A DNA stretch of 64,000 nucleotides. Origin: Salisapilia sapeloensis CBS 127946 (Eukaryota > Protista > Oomycota). Shown in pieces: positions 1 through 12,225 of the stretch. The translations under genes and the position numbers were made by a program. Position 1 is the stretch's first letter, and each line of letters starts with the position of its first letter. The notes under the pieces are model-generated. The model did not search any database and was not told the origin of the DNA. It worked only from the letters and a program-made list of their open reading frames with translations. The stretch lies in the NCBI GenBank assembly GCA_023334545.1, contig JAADVB010000065.1, positions 1-64,000 of the forward strand. The letters run 5' to 3'.

Positions 1-99
1 GGCCTTGGTCGAGTTCGGCGCGATCTTGATCACGCGTGGCCCTTGGGTCGATCCGTCTTGGTCGACGAGCTGGTTGTAGACGGAATCCGAGATTGCCAT
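1..99 (-). CDS. 5' end of a Myb paralog (copy 0), continuing off the window
   Basis: Not in the ORF track. ATG at 99 reads MAISDSVYNQLVDQDGSTQGPRVIKIAPNSTKA, the same N-terminal motif as the neighbouring Myb genes (copy 1 MTISRTVYNQLF...QIIRL). The Myb repeat itself is outside the window. Confidence 0.8.
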   Translation of the reverse strand, partial: MAISDSVYNQLVDQDGSTQGPRVIKIAPNSTKA

Positions 100-128
100 T
101 GGAAGTGGAGGTGTACGTAGTTGGTGGT

Positions 129-135
129 GGAATGA
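129..135 (-). promoter_or_regulatory. Oomycete initiator (INR) TCATTCC
   Basis: Matches YCATTYY, 30 nt upstream of the copy-0 ATG. Confidence 0.5.
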
Positions 136-485
136 ATAATGGCACATCCATCAGATCCAACCCAAACTCGTAGCGACGGAAGCGGCAGGTGGATGATGGC
201 TACATTCGCAAAATATCCATCGATGAGTTGACTCGAATCGAGTATGCAAGTGTAGCCATGCATCTTCGAACAAGAATGGATTTGGCATCGTGTCCAACGA
301 ATGGAGGTGCAGAAATTCTCTACGTCAAAGATCTCATCTCCTGGCTACTTCGGATAATAAATAGAGTACTAGATGACAGAAATATCCAGAAGGAAGCATG
401 CCCGAATCATTTTTTAACGAAAAATAGTTCTTGATTATGAACCCAACAGGCCTCAATAAAGAAAAGAAATAGCGCCTAAAATAAT

Positions 486-1499
486 TTAGTACAACCGGCT
501 AGATAATTCCATCGGCAGAGACGGAGGCGGACGACCGCTGACGCTACTTGCACTACTTCCAGAAGCTACACTCTGCCGGAGTACCTGGGATAACGGTGGC
601 AAACTACTTCCACGTCCGATAGGAGCCACGCGCGGTGCTTCAACCTGGGGTTCTGGGTACACTGGAGCAGTTGTCTGCCGATTCAAGTAGTATGCGCGTT
701 CCGCGGCTGCCTGGTTGACCATTTCATGCTGTTGCTGTCGCAGGTTGAAGGAAGGCGGCTTCTCTGTCTTCACATAATATCCTGGCCCCCCTGAGCCCGT
801 GCAGGGCATGGTAGGTGGGTGATACCGTTCATGTACCACCGGTGTACCATATACTGGTGCTTGTGTTTGCACCGGTGCCGGCACGGATGCGCTCGGAGGG
901 TGATGGTATCTGGGCTCTGTCACGTATTTGGCCTGGGAGAGATGCTGCGTTGTAGTTACCGGCGCTTGGTAGCTTCCAGAACTCCAGTAAGGGAGCTGGG
1001 TGGATGGCAGAGCCGACGCCGCGGCTGTGGCCGAGCCGTAACAAGGCCGCTGGGGTAATTCTGTCTGCTCGACTTGATGCTGTTGTGCCCGTCGTTGGCG
1101 CTGTAACCCTCGCTGTCGTCTCATGATCTTCTGTCGGTACTTCTGGGCATGTGTCTATGGAGCGTATCAGAATCAGATTTGTGGCTGTTCGACTACGTGG
1201 ACGAATGCGCCTACCATGGTCTGACGCGGTGTTTTCGTCCCAATGTGCTCTGCTATCTTCTTCCAAGGACCTTCAGGGTACATCTGGAGCGCGTGGAGAA
1301 ACCGGTCATGCTCTTCCGACGTCCATAGCTGTACTTTGTTACTACGCGTTTGCGGTGCGGCGGAGCCTTCGGAATCGCTGCCGAGCTTCGCGCTCGGCTC
1401 GAGACGAATGATTTGGCTGCGTGGTTCATCCGCGGCCGTTCCTCCGCTCCCGCCGGTCGTTTGGAAGAGTTGGTTGTACACCGTCCTCGAAATGGTCAT
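486..1499 (-). CDS. SHAQKYF-class Myb transcription factor (copy 1), 2 exons: 1499-1215, 1154-486
   Basis: WTSEEHDRFLHALQMYPEGPWKKIAEHIGTKTPRQTM, then a 60-nt GT-AG intron (1155-1214), then THAQKYRQKIMRRQRGL. P/Q/S-rich tail with SSLPPLSQVL. Start chosen by alignment of paralog N-termini. Confidence 0.9.
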
Positions 1500-2396
1500 G
1501 TCCGAACTAACTACCTGTTCGCGGTCAAGATCGGAAGTGATGGAGCGATAGAGAGCACTCGTCGCCCCAAAAACATTTGCGAACCCTGTCGACAGCGCAC
1601 TTTCTCGCAACCCGTTACATATGGCTGTAGTGGCTACGATTGAACCTATCGTGGGTTTACAGTCTAAATTTGAAACGGACGGAGACTACTCGCGGGCTTT
1701 TGCTGCGAGTGATGGAGAGAGCACCTCTTCGCAAGAAACACCTTTCCATCCATCCACCGGACTTTCAAATTTTTCGAGCGACAGAAAAGTAAGACGTCCA
1801 AGCAAGAAAGGGTTCGTAAAGGGGCTGTTTTTGGCTGACTCGTGAAAACATTTGCGAAGTGGATACATAAGTGTGAGTGAGCGATTGGTAGAAAAGAATT
1901 TCGTTAGTAATCTGTTGGCTAAAATTGTGTCAAGCCTCGATCATCAGTTCAGTCAAAAATTGCTTGAATGACCGTCTACTTCGTCCGACCACCGTGTCCA
2001 GTGCACCGGACGAAACTGCATTCTCGCGCTTTTCGCATGTAAACATGATCGAGGAGGCTTTGTAAAGTAATCGGGAAGAACTAGGATCGGTCAGCACGCT
2101 ATCGCAAGCTCAGTCGCAAGCATTGTTGAGTCATGATGCAAACCAAACTCATGGTGTCTGGATCTCTCGATGCTGCAATCCATCTTCAACTTTAGACGAA
2201 GGGGCATACAAACTTCAGGTGTGTAAACGAAGCATAGCATGAATGCGATATCGGCCAGGATGACACGGAAAGACATCATTGCTGTCGTTGCCTTTAAAGA
2301 CGCATCAAACTCTGTTTGCAGGAGGGCACACCGCGCATCTTGTACGCATGTCGTAATGTGGAAGCGTGTGAAAGTGGATACGAACAGCCGAAGAAA

Positions 2397-2516
2397 CTCC
2401 AGGTAGATCAGAAGCCAAGCGCTGTGATGGAAACTTGCGAATGGTAACTTGATCGTGTGAACTGGGTATCATTCGCAAATTTCCATCACGGCGCTTGGCT
2501 TCTGATTTATCTGGAG
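2397..2516. repeat. Long inverted repeat / hairpin (50-bp arms, 20-nt loop)
   Basis: 2397-2446 pairs with 2467-2516 at 45/50 Watson-Crick. On the + strand four of the five mismatches are G.U and one is C.A. Confidence 0.85.
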
Positions 2517-4183
2517 ATCAGTCAGGTGTTTGTATCTGCAGTGCGCTGCTTTTTCATAGCTGGACAAACCTGTCGAGCATGTGAAGTCAGTGCTAACGAA
2601 TAAACAAAACAAAGTTTCGGGTACGTGTGGAGCGCATAGTGATAGAAATAGATGCTTGTTTCATGATCGATTGATGTTCAACTGTTCAAGATCAGCCGCA
2701 CTCGACCACAGTGCCGATGGATATAGATTTCCGCGCCGTACTTGCTTCTCGTTGGGGCCTGGAAGTAGAAAAATCGACCCAGTTGACATATAGGTATTAT
2801 CGCCACACCTCCATTGTGTGCTATTGAATCAGCTTTAGCTTGAAAATGGCACACCATAGCGAGTCATGGTCGGATGCACCACATAATCCGCAAACAAGAG
2901 CTCAGTTGTAGACCTTATCCGATCTGCCATCGCCGACTTGGTATTAAACTCAGGATAGGTGATGAGCAGTCAAGAAAGCGATATTCTTGAACTGATTCTG
3001 TCGCTACACACATATCGCTAGATTACACAAACTCGCCGGTAGGTCATCGAACGACACGACTGCGTCTGACTTTCCGGTTGCCTTTATCGCATGAGGAACA
3101 GTTACTCGATCTGTATCTCTCGATGATAGTGCATATAAAGACACCGAAGTCATGTAGCTTATCTCGTACATTAAGTTTCAACTTAGCACAAGATAAAGCA
3201 TGTAGAGCACAGACAGTAGATGCATCGATCATTTGCGCTTTCATCGCTTCACTCAACCTCATTACATTCGCACGCGTTTGTACTTGATCGCAAAAGCTGA
3301 AAATAAGATCGAGGATACTTGTACATTTATAGCTCAGCTAGGGATAGTACTCCATTAAGCACTTTAGTCCTCAATGGAAATGAAATTGTGCGTTATTATC
3401 GACATAGGCCTAGAGTAGACTTAAAATATATGCTTCATATTTACTCTAGCCTGCGATCCTTCCTGAGTTTGAAAAAGTCTAGAAAACTGATAAGATATCC
3501 ATGTTATTCGAAGCTATCACCATGACGGTGGTTTTAAAATCAAAGAGTCTGTCCTTCCATACATATCGAAGGATCGGATGGGAGATTCTGCGTACCTTAG
3601 CTAACCAAAAGCTACAGTCTACGTTGTTAGGCTGGTTGACTACCTATGCGCAGTGATACCACTAGCAAGCTATGAATAATGCTATCATATTATCATCATA
3701 TTCACTTTAGCCTCGTCTTGCACATTAAACTCGAGTAAAACGACATTCTGTACACGACGCTTAGACCATACTTGAATCTCCACGGTTCCAAGTAAGCGTA
3801 CACGGTGTGCTGTCATACAATTTTAGTAGTCATTAAGAACATCCGCCGTTTAAGTTAAACTTGGATCGTCCTATACGGATCAAGAGCTGTTCGCATTATA
3901 TCATAATGGGCGTGCTTGAAGCTTATCACCAGAAGTTACCTGATTATACATGGGAAGCTCAACTGTACTTGTCTGTTTTGCAAATCCCACTCAGTGGTCC
4001 GTCGTCATGACAAGTAAAACAGGTTGCTATGATAATACATTATCATATCGTACACAGTGCAACGCCCGAAGCTAAGGGCTGGAACGGAGGAAAGTGACAG
4101 AGGTATGAAGGTCCGTAGGCTGCTTATAAGTGACCTTAAAGCTGCGATGACGACTATAGTACGAGTGTGTATCACTTTGGTAC

Positions 4184-4597
4184 TTGTATGGTGGTGTTTT
4201 ATCCACTGAAGACGTAGATATCTTATACAATGAGAACGCTAGACAGAATGGAGATTATTTCTGGTATTTTGCTAACAAGTACGGCGTTTGCTATTTGGTT
4301 GGGAAAGCTTACAAAATCATCTATGAGGGCTTAAAGCAAAGCACTCGAAAAGCTTTTAGTACATATATACGTACGCTTAACCTCAAGGCGTTCGATCAGT
4401 AGCACACTGCTTACAGACTTGAATGGTTACTGCAAAGGTCGAAAGTTGCCTGGTTCTTTAGTCGAAGTGCTTCGTTTGACGGAAAGAATGTCTCACTACA
4501 TCCTAACTTAGGTAGTGGACATTATCAGAATTGAAGCGCAGGTGATCTTCGTGGCTATGAAATGCTTCAAACTATGGTAGATGAACATCCAGTCTAA
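4184..4597 (+). pseudogene. Possible decayed coding relic, family unidentified
   Basis: The 72-aa ORF continues in frame through two stops (4400-4402, 4532-4534): ...LEWLLQRSKVAWFFSRSASFDGK...GDLRGYEMLQTMVDEHPV. No recognisable motif. Confidence 0.2.
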
Positions 4598-5864
4598 ATA
4601 GGTAGCGACTTTAATATCTCGCTACTGCAGACATAGCAGTCAATTAAATCTTATAGGCAAACGGTGACTATCACCATGACTCATATTGTAGAAACATTTT
4701 TACGTGACGACCATTTGACTGGTAACTACGAGACATGATAGAAAGCTGGTTCTACTAGCTTCACAACGTAGTATCCAAGCACTTGCGCCATGACAAGTGT
4801 GATTAGAGTCCGCATGCAATCCAACCTCCAGTTGGCTATCCTAACCAGTCATTGACCAGACCAATGTTGATTCGAAGCATATCGTCCAGTTTCTCGTCAC
4901 AATTGACATGCCTGCTTAGTTAGCTTGCAAGGAAACAACGACAATCGATGCACATGGCACCAACATAGCTAGGCACATCATCACGATGTACAACAGAGAG
5001 TAGGGTTCCCTTTACGAACATAGATGCCCTTGTACCAAGCAGCATCTTGCAGTCAAAGTATCTTGCAGCCATGTGATATCCTGATTTACGTGTATCCACC
5101 GCTACCAAAATTTGCTCTCTGCATGCCCGTGGACTTTAAATATACTTTCAAAGCATATCATTTAAATCTTCGCAGCGACCTCTTCAAGAGGTGTAATGGC
5201 AACACCTAGTAAATATCTAAAGCTGTTCATTTTCAAACTTGACGCATTACCATAGATACAATCCTTTCGGTGCTTGTCCACTGGGCGGACGTGACCTTCA
5301 TTCAAGCGCCGATGGACTGCAAATTTCCAAATGTGCCCATTGAAGGATGTAGATGTCTCTGAGGTTTCTACTGAGAATATCCACGAAAGCATTTGCGAAA
5401 GTTTCCAATGGGTATCCTCGCTACATGAATGTTTTACCACGTCGGTCAGGTGAGTCGATTCCCTCTTGCTGTATTTTCATACCTCGATATGCGCGAAGAC
5501 AACCCAAAAAGAAAATTACGTAGACCTTCATTCCCCAGTTTATTCATTTAATTTCATTCGATAGATTTAAAAACGCAATCGCCATCAACCCAAACATGAC
5601 TCAAGACTGGATACTATCTTTGAGTACCACTAACTCAGAGCGACTTCGCTGACGATAAGTATATGTTTTAAATCGGTCAGACATCGGTCTAGCCATTCTG
5701 TGTACCCACGAATATGCATTGTAATATTGAGAGAGTAAGCAAGTCGGTTATTATTCATTTCGAGATGTCGGACACTGCTTTCACCCATCCTGTGGGTACG
5801 CATGTACGTCAGCACTGGCAACAGCTACCACGAGCGAACATCCTTTTGTATTTGCTCGCTAAGT

Positions 5865-5879
5865 TCATTTCCAGATTTC
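5865..5879 (+). promoter_or_regulatory. Oomycete INR+FPR core promoter
   Basis: TCATTTCCAGATTTC fits the INR (YCATTYY) plus FPR (AWTTNY) arrangement, about 50 nt upstream of Myb copy 2. Confidence 0.6.
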
Positions 5880-5929
5880 CTTTGAGCTAAAGAAGCAACA
5901 CTAGAAACACACGAAAGACTCTACTCGTC

Positions 5930-6471
5930 ATGACTATTTCTACTCGTGTTAAGAACGAATTATACGACGGCGATAATGTGATCAGCATTCCACCCTCAAG
6001 GCTACCGTCTCATGATGGATCGACCTTTGCCAGTTACTGGACACCGGAAGAGCATGCCAAGTTTCTTGAAGCGCTACGACTCTACCCCTCAGGGACGTGG
6101 AAGGATATTGCACGTCACATTGGCACAAAGTCCAGTCGACAGGCTTCTAGCCATGCACAGAGTAAGCTTATATGCACGAGTATATACGTGATATCGATGC
6201 TGACAGCATTGTCTCTATAGAATACAGACAAAAGATTGCGAGGCGACAAAAGTATGATCAGCAACGAGCTCAAACGATAGCGCAGTTCGGTTCTGCCAGT
6301 GCTACTTCCCTTGATTGCCAAGAACCGGAGTGTGAGCCGAATGAAAACGACCCGGCACTGGAATCTTTGCTCCAAAATACGGATGAAGACTTCCGAAAGG
6401 GCTTCATGGCTGCCATCTCTCTTCTCGATTTGATCGATATTTCGGAACTCGAGGATGTTATCAACAGCTAA
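5930..6471 (+). CDS. SHAQKYF-class Myb transcription factor (copy 2), 2 exons: 5930-6161, 6221-6471
   Basis: WTPEEHAKFLEALRLYPSGTWKDIARHIGTKSSRQASSHAQ, a phase-1 59-nt intron (GTAAG...TAG, 6162-6220) splitting the Lys codon, then YRQKIARR. Acidic C-terminus. Confidence 0.9.
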
Positions 6472-6962
6472 TAGGCAGCTTTGGTAGCATCATAGAGAAA
6501 CTAAAGTACTGCATTTATCAGCCTTTCTATTGAGTTAAAGTAAAAGGTACTAGATCTTATTCTCCAGCTACATATCTTCAAATGGACCGACTTTCTGTCA
6601 CGTCACGATACATTGACAACTTCACGTCAGCTATCGAACTAGCTCATCACGATATAAAAGGATGTACAAGCAAAGCAATTACGCATCGCTTACACATTGG
6701 CGGTGGCTCACCTCATAATTTTGCTTCGTGGGTGCAGCTACATCTGCACGGCGCGCATATGAGACATACAGTGTATCCAGTACTTTTGAGCATAGCTTTC
6801 GATTCGCTGTTAAATGTAGCACGGCTATCTGATTGGTTGATTGTGATCTACTGGATTTTGCTCCACCGAAAAATGTGAAAGTCGAAAATGGGCGTGGATA
6901 CTTTTGTCCATGAACGTAGAGCGGGACGCACATTCAACCCCGCAGGATTGCTTAGTACATGT

Positions 6963-6969
6963 TCACTTT
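6963..6969 (+). promoter_or_regulatory. INR-like TCACTTT
   Basis: YCAYTYY match about 33 nt upstream of the copy-3 ATG. Confidence 0.4.
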
Positions 6970-7001
6970 GACTCTTGCACTCGTCCGCGTAAGCTGTGGA
7001 C

Positions 7002-7901
7002 ATGACTTTCACACGTGCTGTTCACAATGAGCTGTTTGAAGGCTCCGGTGAGCATCGTCGGCTCATACGCCTACCGTTGGATCCGAACAAATTGCGCAGT
7101 GCACAAACTCGTCGACATGCTGCGAATGCAGCGATATGGACCGAAGAGGAGCACGAAACGTTCCTCAATGGTCTTGAAATGTACCCCAAAGGTCCGTGGC
7201 GTAGTATCGCAGCACTCATCGAGAGCAAGACAGAGCGTCAAGTGATGGTGCGTCTTCTTGCCTTGTAGTTGTGTAGAAAGATAGATGATGAACCCATGTT
7301 AAATCAACAGACACACGCGCAAAAATACCGCCAGAAAATCAAACGATGGAAACGAGGTCTACAATCTACCGTCCACACTCGTACTACTTCAATTGCTTCC
7401 GAGGAAAAGCAGGAGAGCTTAACAGCGTCTCCGTCTAGTGCATCATGGACGTCGGACAGCGAGTCTGTTGCAACCATCGTACCGCTTGCAGCGAGCACCA
7501 ATGCTTCGTATCCGACCACGGAAGTGCTACCATTCAATGCCCCACAGACGTCGTTCGTGCCGAGTACGATCCACCATGAAGCGGACTGGAATGAGTTTAC
7601 GGAACTTTGGAGTGCATCCTCGATGGAGCTGCCATGTAGTACTGACTCAATGATGGCAATGAATGCCCCCTTTGCCAATGCAAATGTCCATGGCAATCCA
7701 ACCTCTTCCACAGATTTGTTTATGGTGGATCGTACGTCGATGCACATGTGTCCCGATCGGAGCGTGCAAATGAGCAATGGGAACGATCGTGGACATCCGT
7801 GGTTCCTCGAACCCGGGGCAAGTGTGGACCATTTCGCTGATTTCTCCATCTCGGATCTATATGAGGCACCCTCGACTAACCAGTCGACCTCGGATGTCTA
7901 A
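7002..7901 (+). CDS. SHAQKYF-class Myb transcription factor (copy 3), 2 exons: 7002-7247, 7311-7901
   Basis: WTEEEHETFLNGLEMYPKGPWRSIAALIESKTERQVM, intron 7248-7310, then THAQKYRQKIKRWKRGL. Confidence 0.9.
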
Positions 7902-8207
7902 CGTGTGCATGTCAAAGTTTATGTGGTTTCAAGTGTCTACCGGCAGTCGTTTCAATTCAATTAGTCCAAATAGAAATGACTTTTTTATCTTTTCTTTCGC
8001 TTTCTTTCTCCCTTCCAGTCTGCCAAGCAGGACACGTCTGCGGCAGACGAAGCAGTGAAGAGTTGCATCATGACGATGAAACGACACTAGATCTGGATAG
8101 ATCGAAAATTTCAATGTACGAATACCCCTTTATTTCATCTTCTGTTCCCTTTTGCACGAAGTCTTCCTTCCTTTCGTCCGAGTCCATGCGCGTCTGACTT
8201 GTTTCCG

Positions 8208-8945
8208 TTACCGGTGCTGGCGGAGTTGTAGAATTTCCGCAAGAGGAGGTAAATTACTTTGCACCGGCAGAGGCTGGTGCATCATCGATGGGTACGATTG
8301 GCTGACCGGAAGATACTCGTGATGGAAATGAGGATACGCCGTCGTATCCTTTTCTTCTGGCAGACTCGACTCCCGCTTGATCCCAGCCTCTCGTGCCATC
8401 AGCGTCGCCTTCTGTGTCGCTTGATTGGCCAAAATATCTAAGAATCCAGTGTTGCCGGCTGGGGGATATGTAGCCGACGTGGGTTCAACTTTTTCCGACT
8501 GGCACGAGTCGTCCTTCTTCGATTTCTTCTGCCGTTTAGGCGCAGTTGGAAGCTCTTCGTCGCTCTCTTTCCCTCGCTTGCCTTGGTTTCGTAACCCGCG
8601 CTCGCGTCGCAAGATTTTCTGCCGGTACTTTTGGGCATGCGTCTATTTACACGTAATAAATAAGATTCGCTCGTTTACTAGTCACTCAGAGGGTAGTACC
8701 ATGGTTTGACGTGGAGTCTTCGTTCCAATATGTTCCGCGATGCGTTTCCATGGACCAGCAGGATAGATTTCGAGTGCCTCCAAAAAGCGATTGTGTTCTT
8801 CAGGCGTCCAATTCTGCGCTCGACTGCGGGTCGGAGGTGCAGGCGGCGGAATCTCCTTTCCGGAAGCATCTAGGCGGATGACTTTGTGCTCGCTCTCGGC
8901 CTGCGCAGCGTCGAAAAGCTGGTTGTACACCGTGCGGGATATCAT
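8208..8945 (-). CDS. SHAQKYF-class Myb transcription factor (copy 4), 2 exons: 8945-8700, 8642-8208
   Basis: WTPEEHNRFLEALEIYPAGPWKRIAEHIGTKTPRQTM, intron 8643-8699, then THAQKYRQKILRRERGL. C-terminal NLPPLAEIL. Confidence 0.9.
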
Positions 8946-9061
8946 GGATGTGATCTGGGGCGCAAAAAACTCTTTTTTGACAGACTTCCTATCTGGGCGC
9001 AAAACTCGATGTGATGCAACCCAAGAATATGATGTATCTTAAATTTTGTATGCAGTTACAC

Positions 9062-9464
9062 ATGGCTACATTCATTGTCCGCAAAATCTCTCTTGTCTGG
9101 GGCGATCTACGCCCAGCGTGGCTTCCAGATCAAAGCTTTGGACGTGGGTGGGTTCACGATGGGGTGATTGGCAGGTGGCTTCCCGGCAAATGGGCATTTT
9201 ACCGGAAAACCGATGATGAAAGTAACGACTTTTGGCTCGGGAATTCATACCATCTTGTTTGAAAACAAGTCAGATCGAGGATACATCCATCAAGTCGATC
9301 TGCATGTTAACTTTGCAATTGCACTCAAGGATTATGGCGCTTGTAGAAAATTTAAACGAACCGAATGCACCGAAGGGAATGGCCTCGACGACGCCACTCC
9401 AGGCGCATCGTACCACGCTTCGTGTAAAGTAAATCCCAACTGGTGTCTCAACAAGATCCATTAG
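9062..9464 (+). pseudogene. Possible frameshifted gene or transposon relic between Myb copies 4 and 5
   Basis: Trp-rich frame (WGDLRPAW...GRGWVHDGVIGRWLPGKWAFYRKTDDESNDFWLG) overlaps a second protein-like frame (...FAIALKDYGACRKF...). No family recognised. Confidence 0.3.
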
Positions 9465-9746
9465 ATAACGAGCTGACAGGCCAAGGTACATCCGATCGAC
9501 GCCACATTGAAGCTAGTATTGGGCGAAAACTTTTGGTCCACACCTCAACCGAACAACCACTCATTGCGTCCCGAAATTGCGTCCAGATAAAGTGGTGTCT
9601 ATTTTCCAGCCCGAACGAACCCATTTAAGACCTTCGTTGTTCGCAATAAGTAGGAAGGATTCCTCCAGGCCTTCGTGAGCGTCTAGTTCGATCCTGTACC
9701 CACGACTAGATTGAACAGTGGCGGCAATACACCCATTACTTGAAGC

Positions 9747-10726
9747 ATGACAATTTCGGCGAACGTGCGCAACGAGCTCTTTGAGCTAGGCGCCGCCGAA
9801 CAAGCACGTCTCATACGCATTCGTCCTACGGACGCCAAGGCCGGTACAACAGTTTATTCAAGCCGCCAGTCCCAGCCTCTACGCATGTGGACGCAAGAAG
9901 AGGTATGACATTCTTCAAATAGCTCAATTGTACTCGATTGCTCACCAGGAAGAAAATATAGCACGAGAAATTTCTGGAAGCAATGGAAAAGTACCCTTCT
10001 GGCCCTTGGAAGAACATTGCAGCATTTATCGGTACCAAGACCACTCGTCAGACGATGGTATGAACCCCTACGTCCGTTTTCATTAACCTCATGCATATTT
10101 ATTTATACTTTGCTATTAATGACCAGACCCATGCTCAAAAGTATCGTCAGAAAATTGGTCGATGGCGCCGTGGTTTGCGCCATAAAGGACGCCGCGGAGC
10201 TTCCGCAACGGCATCGAATCAACCGAGTGAAGATGATGGTGGTCATCAGAAGGCGGAGGACCAGGAGACGAACAGCCATCAAGGGGAGGCAGCTGCCAAC
10301 GACGAGCTTTTCCGTCTCGCAGAGGTCGCGTCGTCTTCTGTTCGTCCAAACAACGAAGGTGAGGGTTTGGAACCAGCGCAAGAAGAAAAGTTTACTGCGA
10401 CAAGTAGCAGGGAGCTGAATACGCGTGACAATGGAGTGAAACTTACACCGTTGAGACAGACGTCCGGCATGGAAGCCTCTCAACACTTTCTGCACGATGA
10501 CGCGCGTAAGAACTCGATGCTGATGATGATGACCGCACCGATGGATCCGAACTACCAGTTACCGCCATTGCAGTATGGAGCGCCAATGGCGTCGATGGCG
10601 ATGCCGGCACCGGAGCCTATGGACACGCGTAGCGTTGCTTCGAACAGCTCAGACGATGTGGCAATACCACCACTGCGATCGAAGATTAATCCAAACGTAT
10701 TGGAGCATCAGTATTCGACAGTCTGA
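9747..10726 (+). CDS. SHAQKYF-class Myb transcription factor (copy 5), 3 exons: 9747-9902, 9962-10057, 10127-10726
   Basis: MTISANVRNELF...WTQEE | HEKFLEAMEKYPSGPWKNIAAFIGTKTTRQTM | THAQKYRQKIGRWRRGL. Both introns are GT-AG, phase 0 (59 and 69 nt). Exons 1-2 are absent from the ORF track. Confidence 0.9.
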
Positions 10727-11076
10727 AGAGGATGGAATGGACGTTGCGAAGGCCAGAGGAAGCACCACACACGTCTCGTTTTTACTTTTGGATTGGGAAG
10801 AACCTTTTTTTCTTTTGCTATGAGCGATAGAAGCTTGTAGATGAAAGGGAAATAGCTTGAGAACGAATGACACACCACGAATTAAGCCAAATGTTGCAGC
10901 TAAGTTGTAGTTCGAGTCAGATACGACCACCGAGGAAGCCACGGGCGGTTACGTTCGCGTCCTCTTCAATCACGTCGAGCGCTTTGGAATGGGCGACAAT
11001 ATCGAAATTTTTATTGCAAGTAGACTTGCCCATAACAAGTAGTGCTCTGCTCGCTTTCAAGCGTTGTGTACATTTT

Positions 11077-11998
11077 CTATAGAATGATCAAGCCTGACCG
11101 CTCGTAAACGATGAAAAGGATGGTAGAGGCGAGGATGGCGATGCCTGCACCTATCCATATCCGATCTTGACGAGCTTGCCACTGAATTGACAACGAATTA
11201 AATACACTTAGAAGAAGATGATAAAGTAAGATTATACCTGTAGAGCTTTAATCGTCTTGCGAACTTGTGCCAGTTCAGCATTTGCACTGCCATACTCCGA
11301 GTGTGACAGCTGAAGACTCGTACGACCATCATCTACAATGGGCTGAGCATCATTCTAAGCACGACTATCGACAGTTACTCACTTAAAACTTCGGTGACGG
11401 AGCCGACACGCTGGATTTCTTCTGACATGACCTGCTTTGTACGCTTTAAAGATGCTGTCACGTCTCCGGTATTACCATTTGCTTCCCTGCGATTTTATCA
11501 ATTAGTTCCCTAGACATTTATAATTCGCTACACAATTTACTTTCGTCGGCAACTACTGTCCTTGTCGGTGGCCAGCAACCTGTCTCGAGCATACTGCAGT
11601 CGGACTTTCTTCGCATGCTCCCGATAGGACACTTGAAACTAGAACATACTTTTAGATCCCTGGTCTACAACATAATTGATGACTGTCAATACCTTTTGGA
11701 GCTTTGCTACATATTTAGGAATCCGTTGTTGATGTTCGTTTGCTATTTGCTGCGCTTCGTGTTTCTCCTTTACATCCATAATTTCCGCCGTAGAGTGCAC
11801 GAACGCCTGGACGGTCTTCCGATAGTCATCCAAGGCTTCTCTCAGCTTGTCTTCAAGCTCTTGCTCTTCTTCAATTGTATAACTAAATCCATATGCACCG
11901 TCCGCATCTCCACTGCCACTTTTGGACGCATCCAATGTAGCCAAAGCACGGTCAAGTACCTCTGATACATGTCTATCAGCCTCCTCAACTTGATTCAT
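11077..11998 (-). CDS. SEC20: Sec20/BNIP1-like Qb-SNARE, 5 exons (11998-11693, 11638-11541, 11486-11383, 11332-11238, 11181-11077), 235 aa
   Basis: Four 50-56-nt GT-AG introns give one open frame. Sec20-type SNARE region DVTASLKRTKQVMSEEIQRV...VRKTIKALQWQARQDR, then a C-terminal TM segment IWIGAGIAILASTILFIVYER. Confidence 0.8.
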
Positions 11999-12225
11999 GT
12001 TTGTTGTCTAGATTCGTTGTCTCCCTACTTAGATCAAGAGACTCTATTTAACCCAAAGCGTTGTTTCTACGACATTCCAATCCAACGAAGTTTGACAGTT
12101 TGACAGATGGCTAAATTCACGCCTGCTCGATCTGATTCCATTCGCGACGAGCTCCATCCCACGACGTGATTGGAATCCTGCGCTACTGCGTCGAAGACGC
12201 CATATCACAAGTGCTTTAAGGCATC
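11999..12225. promoter_or_regulatory. Probable bidirectional promoter SEC20/VPS13
   Basis: 227 nt between divergent start codons. CCAAT near 12075 and ATTGG near 12169 are in opposite orientations, plus a tandem TTTGACAG repeat. Confidence 0.45.

Noticed and set aside
1981-2016. TCGTCCG...CGGACGAAAC resembling a hammerhead ribozyme stem II and GAAA
   Set aside because: The required CUGANGA core is absent upstream
4028-4047. 9-bp palindrome TATGATAAT-AC-ATTATCATA
   Set aside because: Expected by chance in AT-rich DNA of this length
11615-11965. 116-aa + strand ORF
   Set aside because: Antisense shadow of SEC20 exon 1
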